Shown piece by piece: positions 44,801 to 59,463 of a DNA stretch of 64,000 bases (its first letter is position 1; each line of letters opens with the position of its first letter). The stretch lies in the NCBI GenBank assembly GCA_015134415.1, contig CP043985.1, forward strand, positions 155,983 through 219,982. Direction: 5' to 3'. A program made the position numbers and the translations under genes. Origin of the DNA: Candidatus Stammera capleta (GTDB lineage: Bacteria > Pseudomonadota > Gammaproteobacteria > Enterobacterales > Enterobacteriaceae). The notes under the pieces are model-generated. The model ran no database searches and was not told the DNA's origin. It saw only the letters and a list, made by a program, of their open reading frames with translations.

Positions 44801-46672
44801 ATGTATTTTAATGAAATAGAAAATTTTTTATGAACATGTTATAAAAGAAAAGAAGCTAATTTATTAGATATATATTTTTCTAAATTTTATTTTAAAAAAA
44901 ATAATTTTGATTATTCTATAATTATGTTATTTAGTTTTTTAATTAGTTTGTCTAGTAGATTAGGACATATATGTCTTCCAATTTTTAAGATTTTAAGTAA
45001 AGATATATTTACTAAATATATATATAATTTTTTAATATATTTTTTTAATAAATATATAAGTATATATGATAGTATAAATATTTTATTTAAATATAATTTT
45101 ATAAGTTTTTTTTATAAGAAGAATATAACCCCTTTTATATTGTATAAAAATTATATTTATTTATATAAATTTTGAATTTATGAAAATTATATAGTTAAAT
45201 TTTTTAAAAAAAATTTAGTTAAAAATGATATTATAAAAAATAGTAAAATTTTTTATATATTTAAATATTTTAAAAAATTTAATTTTAATATATATGAAAA
45301 AATTTGTATTTTAAATGTTTTTTTTAATAAAATATCTTTTATATCTGGTTCCCCGGGTACTGGAAAAACTACTATTATTATTAAGTTAATTTATATTTTA
45401 TATAAATTATATAAAATAAAAAATAAAAATTTTATTAAAATAGTTTCTTTTACTGGAAAATCTTGTTCTAATTTAACTAATATTTTAAAGAAAAATTATA
45501 AAATATTTAATATTAAAAAAAATATTAATTTACCTAATAAAGTAATAACAATACATAAATTATTAAATTATAATTTAGATTTTAATAAAATGAATATTAA
45601 AAAAAATAATAATTTACAGTTTAATATTTTAATAATAGATGAATTTTCTATGATTGATGTTTTTACATTATATAATATTTTTTTATTATTAAATAAAAAT
45701 TTTTTAAAAATAATATTTTTAGGTGATAGTAATCAAATAGGTCCTATAGAATCTTGTTCGTTATTGAATGAAATATGTAATTATAATTTTTCTTTTTTTA
45801 ATAAAAGAAAAAATATATTAAAATTTTTATTTAAATATAAATTTAATTTTAATAAGTTTTTTATAAATATTAATAAATTAAATAATAATATATCATTTTT
45901 ATTAAAGAATTATCGTTTTAAAAAAAATAAATATTTTAATATATTTTCTAATTTTATAAATTGTGGTAATTATAATGAAATTGATAAATTTATTATTAAT
46001 AATAATTTTAATTGTAATATAAATTTTTATGATTCAGATAAATTTAATTATAATTTTTTAGTTAATTTTTGTTTAAAAAAATATAAAAATTATATTAATT
46101 ATTTAAATAATAATAATATGAAATATAATAAATTATTATATTATTTTAATAAATTTCAAATTATTTCTATAATTAAAAATTCAAAGTTAGGTATTAATTA
46201 TTTAAATAAATATATAAATAATTTATTTTTAAATAAATATATAAAAAAATATATAATTAAAAAAAATAAAATTTATTATATTGGTCAACCTATTATTATT
46301 ACTAAAAATAATGATGATTTAGATATATTTAATGGAGACGTAGGTTTTATTATTTATATAAATAATATAATAAAAATTTTTTTTTCTAATTTTAATAATG
46401 ATTGTAAAATTATTTATTTTAATGATTTTATTAATTGACAATTAACTTGAGTAATTACTGTACATAAATCTCAAGGATCTGAATTTGATCATATTTTATT
46501 AATTATACCTAATTATTTTTCTTCTATATTAAATAGAGAAATATTATATACTGCTATTACTAGAGCTAAAAAAAAAATTACTATTTATTCTAATAAAAAT
46601 ATATTTTTAAATAGTATAAAAAGAGAAAATAAAAAGTATAATAATATTATTAATAAGTTAAATTCTTTTTAA
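44801..46672 (+). CDS. recD: Exodeoxyribonuclease V alpha subunit RecD (623 aa)
   Basis: Walker A ISGSPGTGKTT, Walker B/motif II LIIDEFSMID, ...GDSNQIGPIESCS..., and C-terminal ...TVHKSQGSEFDHILLI...ILYTAITRAKKK.... Track ORFs 44924 and 45590 are in frame with ATG 44801. Confidence 0.94.
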
Positions 46673-46690
46673 TAATATATATATTATATA

Positions 46691-47446
46691 TTAATATATA
46701 TATAATATATTTTTATTTAAAATTATTAATAATAATATTTTTAAATTAATTCAATCTATATTAATATTTTTTTTAATATTTATTTCATTTTTTTTTATTA
46801 AATTTAATATTTTTTTAATTTCAGAATTATTATATTTATATAAATTTTTTATAAAATATTTAAATAAAATATTTAATAATATTATTTTAATATAGTTTTC
46901 ATTTTTAATTTTATCTATTATATATAATATTTTTTCTATTTTTTTTTTATAAATTAATAAAATTATATTTTTAATATAATTATAATTACTATATTTATAA
47001 TAAAAGATATCATTTTTATAATTAATTTTATTTTTATTACATATTATTATTAGTATGTTTTTTTTTTTTAAATATATTTTATCTATATTATTAAAATCAT
47101 AATTTATTATTATATATATATTATTATTTTTGTTTATTTTTTTTAATATATTATTATATATATAATTATTTATTTTATTTATTTTTTCTATTATATTTAT
47201 AATAAGTAATTTTTTGTTTGAAAATAAACTTTTATTTATTAAAATATTTTTTAATTTACTTCATTTATATTTATTATCTATTATAATATTTATAATATTA
47301 TTTTTTTTCATAAATAATAATATTTTTTTTTTTATATATATTTTACAATTTTGTTTATTTATATAATCATTTCCCATTATAAAAAAAATTTTATATTTTT
47401 TATTTATATTTATATTTTTTAATTTATAAAAATATATTTTTTTCAT
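46691..47446 (-). CDS. holA: DNA polymerase III delta subunit (short, about 251 aa; 3' end uncertain)
   Basis: It lies directly (3 nt) downstream of leuS, as in leuS-lptE-holA. The N-terminus MKKIYFYKLKN...YKIFFIMGNDYIN...DNKYK-W-SKLKNILINKSLFSNKKLLII parallels E. coli HolA (...YLLLGNDPLL...DW..IF.....SLFA...LL). The C-terminal half is very degenerate. Confidence 0.7.
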
Positions 47447-47449
47447 ATA

Positions 47450-49927
<2,478 letters not shown>

Positions 49928-49997
49928 TTTATTTATAATTTTATTTTATTACTATTTTTATGTATTAATATATAATATATTTTGTATATTATATTTT

Positions 49998-51533
49998 TTA
50001 AAAAAAAATTATTCTATTTTTAATATTATTAAATATTTTTTTTTTATTAAAATTTTTATTTAATGAATATTTTTTATTAAAATATTTATTTTTTTTCTTT
50101 ATTCTTAATATAGAATAATTTGGTATTTTAATATTTTTATCTAAAATAATTATTATTTTAATTATTTTTTTTTTTTTATTTTTTATTAAATATGTATTAT
50201 TTTTTTTATTTTTTAATAAATATTTACCCATATTAATAGGTACTTTAACATGTATTTCTTTAGTATCTTTTTTATATGATTTTTCTTCTATAATTTTTAA
50301 TATAGAATTTAATATAGATTTATTATTTCTTATATTACCAGATCCATTACATTTTGGACATATATAATAATTTGATTTTATAAAAGAATTATTTACTCTT
50401 TGTCTTGACATTTCTAATAAACCAAATTTAGATATATATCCTATATGTATTTTTGCTTTATCTTCTTTTATTATATTTTTAAAATTATTTTCTACAATTT
50501 TTTGGTTTTTAATTGATATCATATCTATAAAATCTATTACTATTAATCCTCCTATATTTCTTAAACGTAATTGTCTTATTATTTCTTCAGAAGCTTCTAA
50601 ATTTGTTTTTAAAGCTGTGATTTCTATATTTAATCCTTTTGTATATTTTGAAGAATTTATATCTATTGATGTTAATGCTTCTGTAGTATCAATAATTATT
50701 GATCCTCCTGAAGGTAATGTTATTTTTCTTTTATGTATTAATTCTATTTGTTTTTCTATTTCAAAATAATTAAATAATGGTATTTTTTTTTTATATAAAT
50801 TTATTTTATTTTTGAATTTACTTTTATCTATTTTTTTAATATACTTTATTACTAATTTATATATATTATAATTATCTATTAATATTTCATCTATATTTTC
50901 ATATAAATAATCTCTTAATATTTTTGTTAATAAATTATTTTGCTTATATATTAAACATGGTTTTTTTTTTTCATTTACTATTTTTTGTATTTTACGTCAT
51001 TTTTTTATACTTAATTTTAAATCTAATTTTAGTGATTTTAATGATTTATTTATACTTGATGTACGTATTATAATTCCCATATTTTTTGGTAAATTTAGTT
51101 TTTTTATAATTAATTTTGTTTTATATCTATTTTCTCCAGTTATTTTTTTTGATATACCAATTAATTTAGGATTATTTGGCATTAATATTAAATTATCTTT
51201 TATTATTGTAATAAATGTAGTTAAAAATGCACCTTTATTATTTCTTTCTTCTTTATTTATTTGTACTATTAATTCTTGACCTTCATATAAATTGTTTTTT
51301 AAATATTTTTTTGATATTTCTTTTATAGGTAAAAAACCATTTTTTTTTTCTCCATAATTTACAAATACTGCTTCTAATCCTGGTTGTATTTTAGATATTA
51401 TTCCTTTGTATATATTTAATTTTTTTTGTTTATATTTTTTATTTTCTATATTTAAATCATATAATTTTTTATTTTTTATTAAAGCTATACGTAATTCTTT
51501 TTTTTCTGTAAGATTAATTAAAATTTTTTTCAT
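49998..51533 (-). CDS. rne: Ribonuclease E, catalytic N-terminal half only (511 aa)
   Basis: MKKILINLTEKKELRIALIKNKKLYDLNIENKKYKQKKLNIYKGIISKIQPGLEAVFVNYGEKKNGFLPIKEI... parallels the E. coli Rne N-terminus, and the Zn-link CPKCNGSG is present. It ends at a true TAA and is divergent from rluC, as in E. coli. Confidence 0.93.
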
Positions 51534-51621
51534 TATTATTCTCTAAATTTTTTTATATTTTATTAAAGTTATTTTTATTAAAATAATAGTTTATTGTTAA
51601 ACAATTATTTATAATAATTAT

Positions 51622-52551
51622 ATGGTTAAAGATTTTTTTTTAAATTTTATTAAAGTTAATATTAATAGTGTAAATCAAAGAATTGATAATTATTTATTTA
51701 AAATAATTAAAATTTTACCTAAAAGTAAGATATATTCTTTATTACGTAAAGGAAATATTAGAGTAAATAAAAAACGTATTTCTCATAATTATAGATTAAA
51801 AATAAATGATATAATTAGAATTCCTTTAATAAATATTAAAAAAAAAGAAATATATATTGATAAATATATCATAGATAAATTTAAAAAATATATTATCTAT
51901 GAAGATAAATATATTTTAGCTATTAATAAACCTTATGGTATTTCTGTTCATAAAGGTAGTAAAATTAATTTAAATATCATAGATATTTATAGATCTATTT
52001 ATAAAAATGAAAATTTTTTAGAATTAGTTCATCGTATTGATAAAAGTACTTCTGGTGTTTTGTTAATATCTAAAAATTTAAATATATTACGTTATTTACA
52101 TAAAGATTTTAAAGAAAATAAAATTAAAAAAAAATATATAGCTTTAGTTCATGGGATTTGACCAAGTAATTTTAAGAAAATAGAAAATTATATATCTAGA
52201 AATAGATATATTTCTTATATTACAAGAAATTTTAATAATGGTAAATTATCTAAAACTTTATTTTCTGTAAATAAATATTTTAATCAATATACTTTATTAG
52301 ATATTATTCCTCTTTCTGGAAGAAATCATCAAATAAGATTACAAACTAGTTATTTAGGTTATCCAATAGTTGGAGATAATATTTATGGTAATAAAAAGAT
52401 AAATTATTTATTTTTTAAAAAATTTGGAATAAAAAGATTATTTTTACATTCTTATTTTTTATCTTTTTTTCACCCATTTTATAAAAAAAATATAAAATTA
52501 TGTGCTAATTTAAATAATGATTTTTTATTAATTTTAAGTAATTTAATTTAA
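51622..52551 (+). CDS. rluC: 23S rRNA pseudouridine synthase RluC
   Basis: An S4-like N-terminus (...QRIDNYLFKI...LLRKGNIRVNKKR...) and the catalytic ...FLELVHRIDKSTSGVLLISK.... ...YIALVHGI-W- matches E. coli YLALVRGQW. The product is 309 aa. Confidence 0.9.
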
Positions 52552-52560
52552 GGTTATTTT

Positions 52561-52725
52561 ATGGCAGTACAAAAAAGTAAAAAGAGTAGATCTAAAAGAG
52601 GACATCGTAGATCACATAGTAGTTTAAAATTACCTACTTTATATAAAAATAAAAAAAGTAATGAAATAAGTTTATATCATCATATTAGTAAAAATGGTTT
52701 CTATAAAGATATTAAAGTTATATAA
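52561..52725 (+). CDS. rpmF: 50S ribosomal protein L32
   Basis: [19 protein letters not shown]...[15 protein letters not shown] parallels E. coli L32 (MAVQQNKPTRSKRGMRRSH...HHIT.DGYYRGRKVI). It is 54 aa, below the ORF-track length cutoff. Confidence 0.93.
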   Translation: MAVQKSKKSRSKRGHRRSHSSLKLPTLYKNKKSNEISLYHHISKNGFYKDIKVI

Positions 52726-52830
52726 TATATTTTATATATTATTTAAAAAATATATATAAATATATATAAAATTTATTTATATTAATTTAAAATATTATTA
52801 ATTTATTATAATTTTTATAGGATTTTAAAT

Positions 52831-53073
52831 ATGTGTAATACAGAAAATCGTATTAAAAAAATAATTAGTGATCAATTAAATGTTAAATTAGAAGATGTAA
52901 AAAATGAAAAATCTTTTGTTAATGATTTAGGAGCTGATTCTTTAGATGTAATAGAATTAATTATGGCTTTAGAAGAAGAATTTAATATAGAAATATCTGA
53001 TGATAAAGCTGAAAAAATAAATACTGTTCAATCAGCTATAGATTGTATAAATTCTATAAAAACAAAGAAGTAA
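52831..53073 (+). CDS. acpP: Acyl carrier protein
   Basis: 80-aa ORF. ...[63 protein letters not shown]... carries the DSL phosphopantetheine-attachment Ser motif. Confidence 0.96.
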   Translation: MCNTENRIKKIISDQLNVKLEDVKNEKSFVNDLGADSLDVIELIMALEEEFNIEISDDKAEKINTVQSAIDCINSIKTKK

Positions 53074-53176
53074 TATAATTTTTACTTTATTAGAAATTTA
53101 ATAATATACATATATATGTTAATGTACTAATAGTAAATATTATCAATAATTTTATTAATCTGGATATTATATTCAG

Positions 53177-54589
53177 GTTAATAAAATTTATTGTTAATTT
53201 TTTAGTTATATAATTTAATATTAAAATCATTGTTATGGAAGATAATATTATTTTGAAAAATATTTTTCTTCATTTATATTTAAAATTTATTATTTTTTTT
53301 TTTTTTAATTGTAAATATAATATAAATATATTTATATAATAAGATAAACTTATAGATAAAGATAATCCTGAATGTTTAAATATTTTAATAGTAAAAATAT
53401 TTAGTATTTGTGTAATTATTAATGTAAATATTGCTATATTATTTAGTATATTATTATTATTCATAGAATAAAAACATGGTGTTAGTATTCTAATTATTAT
53501 TAATGGTAATAATCCTATTGAATAAGTTATTAATATTTTTGATGTCATAATTACATCAATAAAATTAAACTTTCCATATTTAAATAAAGTTATTATTAAT
53601 ATTTTAGATAAATATATTAATATAATTGATATAGGTATACTAAATAATAATGTTATTTTTAAGTATTTATTTATTATTTTATTACATTTTTTTTTATTTT
53701 TATTATGAAAATTTTTAGATAATTTAGGTAATAATATTGTACTTGTTGTATTACCTAATATACTTACTGGTAATTCTAATAATTTATCTGCATAATATAT
53801 TCATGATATTGAACCTGATTTAAAATATGAACATATATTATTATTAATAATTTGAGATGTTTGATATATAGATATTTCAAATATAATTGGAATAATATTT
53901 TTTATTATTTTATATATATTTTTATTATGTATATTTAAAATATTAAATTTTATATTTAAATATATATTTTTTATGCTTATTTTTTGAATTAATAATTGTA
54001 TTATCCCTCCTATTATTATAGATCATGCTAAAGAAAAAATTGTAGATTTAAAATATTTATTTATGAATAGTATATATAATATAATTATTATATTTAATAT
54101 AATTGGTGAAAAATTTGGTATTAAAAACATATCTCATATATTTAATATAGATGATATATATGATGTTAATGATATTAATATTATATATGGAAATGTAATT
54201 TTTAATAATTTATCTATTGTTTTTAATTTTAAATTATTTTTAAAAAATCCAGGTGATATTATATATATAATATTTTTAGAGAAATTTATACCTAATATAG
54301 TTATTATTATTAATATAAAAAATAATACAAAATATATTGATGAAATTAATTCGATTATTTTTTTTTTAGTTTTTTTTTCTTTATATTTACTTAATATTGG
54401 TATAAATACATATGAAAATGCTCCTTCTGCGAATATTCTTCTTAACATATTTGATATTTTAAATACAGTATAGAAAGCATCTGTTTTAAAATTTATACCA
54501 AATTTATTTGCTATTATTATATCTCTTATAAAACCTATTATTTTAGATATAAATATTAAACAACTTATTTTTATAATATTTAATAACAT
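53177..54589 (-). CDS. murJ: Lipid II flippase MurJ (MviN), about 470 aa
   Basis: The N-terminus ...[56 protein letters not shown] parallels E. coli MurJ ([56 protein letters not shown]). It is multi-pass and hydrophobic throughout. The tail after TGA at 53270-53272 is uncertain. Confidence 0.9.
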
Positions 54590-54719
54590 ATTATTATTTT
54601 AAAGATTATAATTTTTATTAATATTTTAAGTAATTAATTTTAATTTAATTATTTTATATTTTATTTTAAAATAATTATTCTTATTTTAATATTATTATAT
54701 ATAACATAATATTATTATT

Positions 54720-55121
54720 TTAAGTAATTTTTTTTTTTAAATAAAATATAATAGATTTAAATCCTAAAATTTTAGAATTTAATATTTTTTTAAATGAATA
54801 TATTTTTTTAAATATATTATTGATATTTTTTTTTACATATATATTTTTCTTTTTATTTAGAATTATAATTATTAATGATAAAACTCCTTTAATAATTAAT
54901 GAATCACTGTCACCATTTAAATTTATTATATTATTTTTATTTTTTATATTTAATCAAACATTAGTTTGGCATCCATATATTATATTATTTTGATAACGTA
55001 TATTTTTGTTTTTTAATGGTAGTTTTTTTCCTAATTCTATTAAATATATTAATTTATCTTTATATTTTTTTAATAAATTTATTTCTTTAAATATTTTTTT
55101 TTTAAATAATAAATTTTTCAT
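54720..55121 (-). CDS. sufE: Cysteine desulfuration protein SufE
   Basis: 133 aa. ...IIYGCQTNV-W-LNI...GDSDSLIIKGVLSLI... carries the SufE active-site Cys context. It lies 1 nt downstream of sufS. Confidence 0.88.
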
Positions 55122-55122
55122 T

Positions 55123-56355
55123 TTATTTTATTAATTTAATAATTTTTTTTAATCTATATATAAACATATTAATATCTTTTTTTGAAGTATACATAGCAAT
55201 AGATATTCTACATATTCCTGATATATTATATAATTTTATTGTTGGTATAGCACATTGATTACCTGTTCTAATAAATATTCCTTGTTGATCAAGTAACATA
55301 CCTATATCATAAGAATGTTGGTTTTTAATATTAAATGATATTATACTTATTTTTTTTTTATAACCATATATTTTAATTTCAGGAATATTTTTTAATTTAT
55401 TTAATATATATTTAATTATTTTTTTTTCATAATTTATAATATTTTTTATTCCTATTTTATTTATATAATCTATAGCATTTCCTAATCCTATAATAGATTC
55501 TATGTTTGGAGTTCCAGCTTCAAATTTTCATGGAGAGTTTATAAATTGTATATTATTTATGTTATATTTTTTTATATCTATATTAGATATTATTCCTCCT
55601 CCTGATTTTCATATTTCAAGATTATCTATATTTTTTTTTTTACCATATATTATTCCAACTCCAGTTGGAGCATACATTTTATGTCCTGAAAATATATAAA
55701 AATTACAATCAATTTTTTGTACATTTATTTTTAAATGTGATATTGCTTGTGAACCATCTATTATAGATATTATATTTTTTTTTTTAGCTATTTTTATTAT
55801 TTTTTCTATAGGATTTTTAATACCTATTACATTAGATATATGAGTAATAGATATTATTTTAGTATTTTTGTTAATTATTTTTTTTAAATGATTTATATCT
55901 ATATAACCTTTTTTATCAATTTTTAATATTTTTAGTTTAAATTTAATTTCTTTAGATAATAAATATCAAGGAATTATATTTGCATGATGTTCTATTATTG
56001 AAATAATTATATTATTTTTTTTTTTTATATTTTTTTTAGTTAAACTATATGATAAAAAATTAAATGATTCTGTACTATTATTTGTAAATATTATTTCTTC
56101 TGGAGATTTTGCGTTTATAAATTTTGCTATTTTAATTCTTATATCTTCTATTTTATTAGAATTTATATTACTTAATGTATATATACTTCTATTAATTGAA
56201 GAATAATAATTTTTATAAAATTTGGTTTGGTTATTTATTACAATTTTTGGTTTTTGAGATGTAGAGGCATTATCTAAATATATTATTCTTTTATTGTTTA
56301 TTTTTTTTTTTAATATTGGAAAATCTAATCTTATTTTTTTTATATTATAATTCAT
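55123..56355 (-). CDS. sufS: Cysteine desulfurase SufS (410 aa)
   Basis: The N-terminus ...IRLDFPILKKKINNKRIIYLDNASTSQKPKIVI...EHHANIIP-W-... is SufS/CsdB-like. Start and the C-terminal ...YTSKKDINMFIYRLKK are in one frame. It sits in sufBCDSE order. Confidence 0.93.
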
Positions 56356-56356
56356 T

Positions 56357-57334
56357 TTATTTATATTTATTTAATATTATTTTATATATTTTTTTGCTTA
56401 TTATTTTATTTTTTATTTTTTTTATTATATCATTAATAAATATTATAAAAATTATTTTTTTTATTTTATTTTTATTTAAACATCTACTAGATAAATAAAA
56501 ATATATTTTTTTATCAATATTATTAATTGTTACTTTATGTTTGCATTTAGTTTTTTTATTTTTAATATTTAATTGAGGTTTTGTAAAAATAAAATTTGGT
56601 TTATTAAAATATAAATTATTATTTTCTAATATTGCAATTGAATTATTTGCTTTTTTAAGTATTGTTATTATACCAATAAATTTTATTATTCCAGAAGATA
56701 ATATTATATTTTTGTGTTTTTGATAACTTTTTGAATTAGATTTATTGTGAATAATATTTATTTTATAAAAAATATTATTTTTTTTTTTAATCATAGAAAT
56801 ATTATTTATGTTTATAACAGAATTTTTATATAAATTTACTTTGTTTTTAATAGATATTTTTTTTGAATTAATTAGAAAAATATTTTCATAAAATTTAGAA
56901 TTTTTTTTAATTTTAATATTTTTTTTACATAAAAATTTAATTTTTTTATTTAAATTAATTATTTTAAAATAATTTAATATTATATTTTTATGTAATTTTA
57001 TATTATATCTATAATTTATATATTTATTATTACAATTATTATATATATAATATTCTTCTATAAGAGTTATATTATTATTATTTTTAATTTTTATATTTAT
57101 ATTATATTTTTTTTTATTTATATATTTATTTTTATAAATATATATTATATATATAGGAATATTTTTATTTTTTAGTTTATATATTATTATATTTATTTTT
57201 TTTTTTTTTTTTAGAATTATTAATTTTATATTTATTAAATTATTTATATTTTTATTTTTATATATTTTTTTATTATTTAAAATAATAATTTTAATTAATT
57301 TTATTTTTATGTTTTTTTTTAATAAATTTTTCAT
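56357..57334 (-). CDS. sufD: Fe-S cluster assembly protein SufD (short, 325 aa)
   Basis: It lies between sufC and sufS. The C-terminal ...LENNNLYFNKPNFIFTKPQLNIKNKKTKCKHKVTINNIDKKIYFYLSSRCLNK... parallels the SufB/D signature (...TKPELEI.ADDVKCSHGAT.G.ID..QLFYL.SRGI). The ATG at 57334 overlaps the sufC 3' end by 44 nt. Confidence 0.85.
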   Translation of the reverse strand: MKNLLKKNIKIKLIKIIILNNKKIYKNKNINNLINIKLIILKKKKKINIIIYKLKNKNIPIYIIYIYKNKYINKKKYNINIKIKNNNNITLIEEYYIYNNCNNKYINYRYNIKLHKNIILNYFKIINLNKKIKFLCKKNIKIKKNSKFYENIFLINSKKISIKNKVNLYKNSVININNISMIKKKNNIFYKINIIHNKSNSKSYQKHKNIILSSGIIKFIGIITILKKANNSIAILENNNLYFNKPNFIFTKPQLNIKNKKTKCKHKVTINNIDKKIYFYLSSRCLNKNKIKKIIFIIFINDIIKKIKNKIISKKIYKIILNKYK

Positions 57335-58061
57335 AACCTTTTTTTTCTATTATTTTAGAAATATTTTTATTACTAGATTTTATTATTTTTCCTTTATTTA
57401 TAATATGAATATAATTTATATTAAGATTATTAATAATTTTTGGATTATGTGTTATTATTAAAAAAGATTTATTTTTTTTTTTTAATTTATTAATAATTTT
57501 TAAAATTAAATTTAAACTATTTATATCTAATCCTGAATCTATTTCATCTAATATAATCATATTAGGTTTTAATAAAAGTATTTGAAGTATATCATTTTTT
57601 TTTTTTTCACCGCCAGAAAAACCTTCATTTAAAGATCTATATAAAAAATCTTTATTAAAATTTAGTTTTTTAAGTATTTTATATATTCTTTCTCTTATTT
57701 CTATTATATTAAGTTTTTTTTTTTGGTTATATTCTCTTATTGAATTTAAGGATTGTTGTAAGAAAAATTCGTTATTTAAACCAGGTATTTCAATAGAATT
57801 TTGAAATGATATAAAAATTCCCTTTTTTGCTCTTTTTTCTGTAGAAATTTTATTTATATTAATATTATTAAATAATATATTTCCTTTAATTATTTTATAT
57901 TTTTTATTACCCGCTATTGCTAAAGATAAGGTACTTTTTCCTGATCCATTTGGTCCCATTAATATATGTATTTCTCCTTTTTTTATTTTTAAATTTAAAT
58001 TATTAATTATTTTTTTTTTTTTAATTTTTATATTTAATTTTTTTATATTTAATATATACAT
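57291..58061 (-). CDS. sufC: Fe-S cluster assembly ATPase SufC
   Basis: Walker A GPNGSGKSTL, ABC signature LNEGFSGGEKKK and Walker B ILDEIDSGLD. The ORF is 256 aa. Confidence 0.96.
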   Translation of the reverse strand: MYILNIKKLNIKIKKKKIINNLNLKIKKGEIHILMGPNGSGKSTLSLAIAGNKKYKIIKGNILFNNININKISTEKRAKKGIFISFQNSIEIPGLNNEFFLQQSLNSIREYNQKKKLNIIEIRERIYKILKKLNFNKDFLYRSLNEGFSGGEKKKNDILQILLLKPNMIILDEIDSGLDINSLNLILKIINKLKKKNKSFLIITHNPKIINNLNINYIHIINKGKIIKSSNKNISKIIEKKGYEKFIKKKHKNKIN

Positions 58062-58074
58062 AATTATTTTTATT

Positions 58075-59463
58075 TTAATTATTAAATAAATTATATTCTA
58101 ATTCTAAAGAATGTTCTATAGGTAACATATTTAATATTTTTTTACAAAAACCATTTATAATCATATATTTTGCATTTTTTTTATTTATACCTCTTTGTAA
58201 TAAAAAAAATATTTGTTCTTTATTTATATAAGATGAATATGCTTCATGTTCGATATTACAATATTTACTTTTTGATTGTATACATGGTATTGTATATGCA
58301 GAAGAATTTTTATTCATTATTAATGAATTACATTGAGTAAAATTTTTAGATTTTATTGATGATTTATTTATTTTTACTATACTTCTATGTGTATTTCTAC
58401 TATTATCTTTACAAATACTTTTAGCTAAAATTATAGATTTTGTTTTTTTTCCTATATGTATCATCTTTGTTCCTGTATCTGCTTGTTGATTTAATTTTGT
58501 TATAGATAAAGAATAAAAATTACCTATAGATTTATTTCCTAATAATATTGCACTAGGATATTTTCATGTTATATTTGCTCCTTTTTCTATTTGTACTCAA
58601 GATATTTTACTATTATTACCTTTACATAAAGCTCTTTTTGTTACAAAATTATATATACCTCCTTTTTTTAAATTTCCTGAAAATCAATTTTGTATAGTAG
58701 AATATTTTATTTCTGCATTTTTATATAAAATTATTTCTACGACTGCTGCATGTAATTGATTTTTTTTTCTTTCTGGAGATGAACATCCTTCAGTATAATT
58801 TAAATAACTATTTTTTTTTAAAATTATTATAGTTCTTTCAAATTGTCCTATATTTTTAGCATTTATTCTAAAATATGAAGATAAATTTATTGGACAACAA
58901 GTATTTTTAGGAATATATATAAATGTTCCATCTGATAATACTGCTGTATTTAATGAAGAAAAAAAATTATCATTTATTGGTACTACTTTACAAATATATT
59001 TTTTTACTAATTTTGGATATTTTTTAATAGCTTCATTAATAGAACAAAATATAATTCCTAATTTTAAGAGTTTTTTTTTATAAGTTGTTTTTATTGATAT
59101 AGAGTCTAATATTGCATCTACAGCTAAATTATTTATATTTTTTTTTAAAGGAATTTCAAGTTTATTAAAAGTTTTTTTTATTTTTTTATTAAGTATTTTT
59201 TTATTATTTATTTTTGGAATAGAATAATATATAATTTTTTTATAATTTATTTTTTTATATTTTCCATTAAATCATTTTGGTTCTTTCATTTTTCTTCATA
59301 TATTAAACGCTTTTAATCTTAAATTAAGCATTCATTTTGGTTCTTTTCTTTTTTTTGATATTTTTATTATATTCTTTTTATTTATTCCTTTTTTAATATT
59401 ATAATTTTTTATATTTGTTTTAAATCCTTGTTTATATATATATTTTTGTTTTTTTTTTGACAT
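58075..59463 (-). CDS. sufB: Fe-S cluster assembly scaffold SufB (462 aa)
   Basis: The C-terminal ORF ...KNFTQCNSLIMNKNSSAYTIPCIQSKSKYCNIEHEAYSSYINKEQIFFLLQRGINKKNA...GF... is SufB-like. The N-terminal MSKKKQKYIYKQGF... and ...YTEGCSSP... are joined in the same frame through TGA codons. Confidence 0.93.

Noticed and set aside
53074-53176. An ACATATATATGT palindrome in the acpP-murJ spacer, considered as a possible terminator.
   Set aside because: It is a pure A/T alternating stem that is indistinguishable from background (AT)n runs, and it has no flanking T-run asymmetry.
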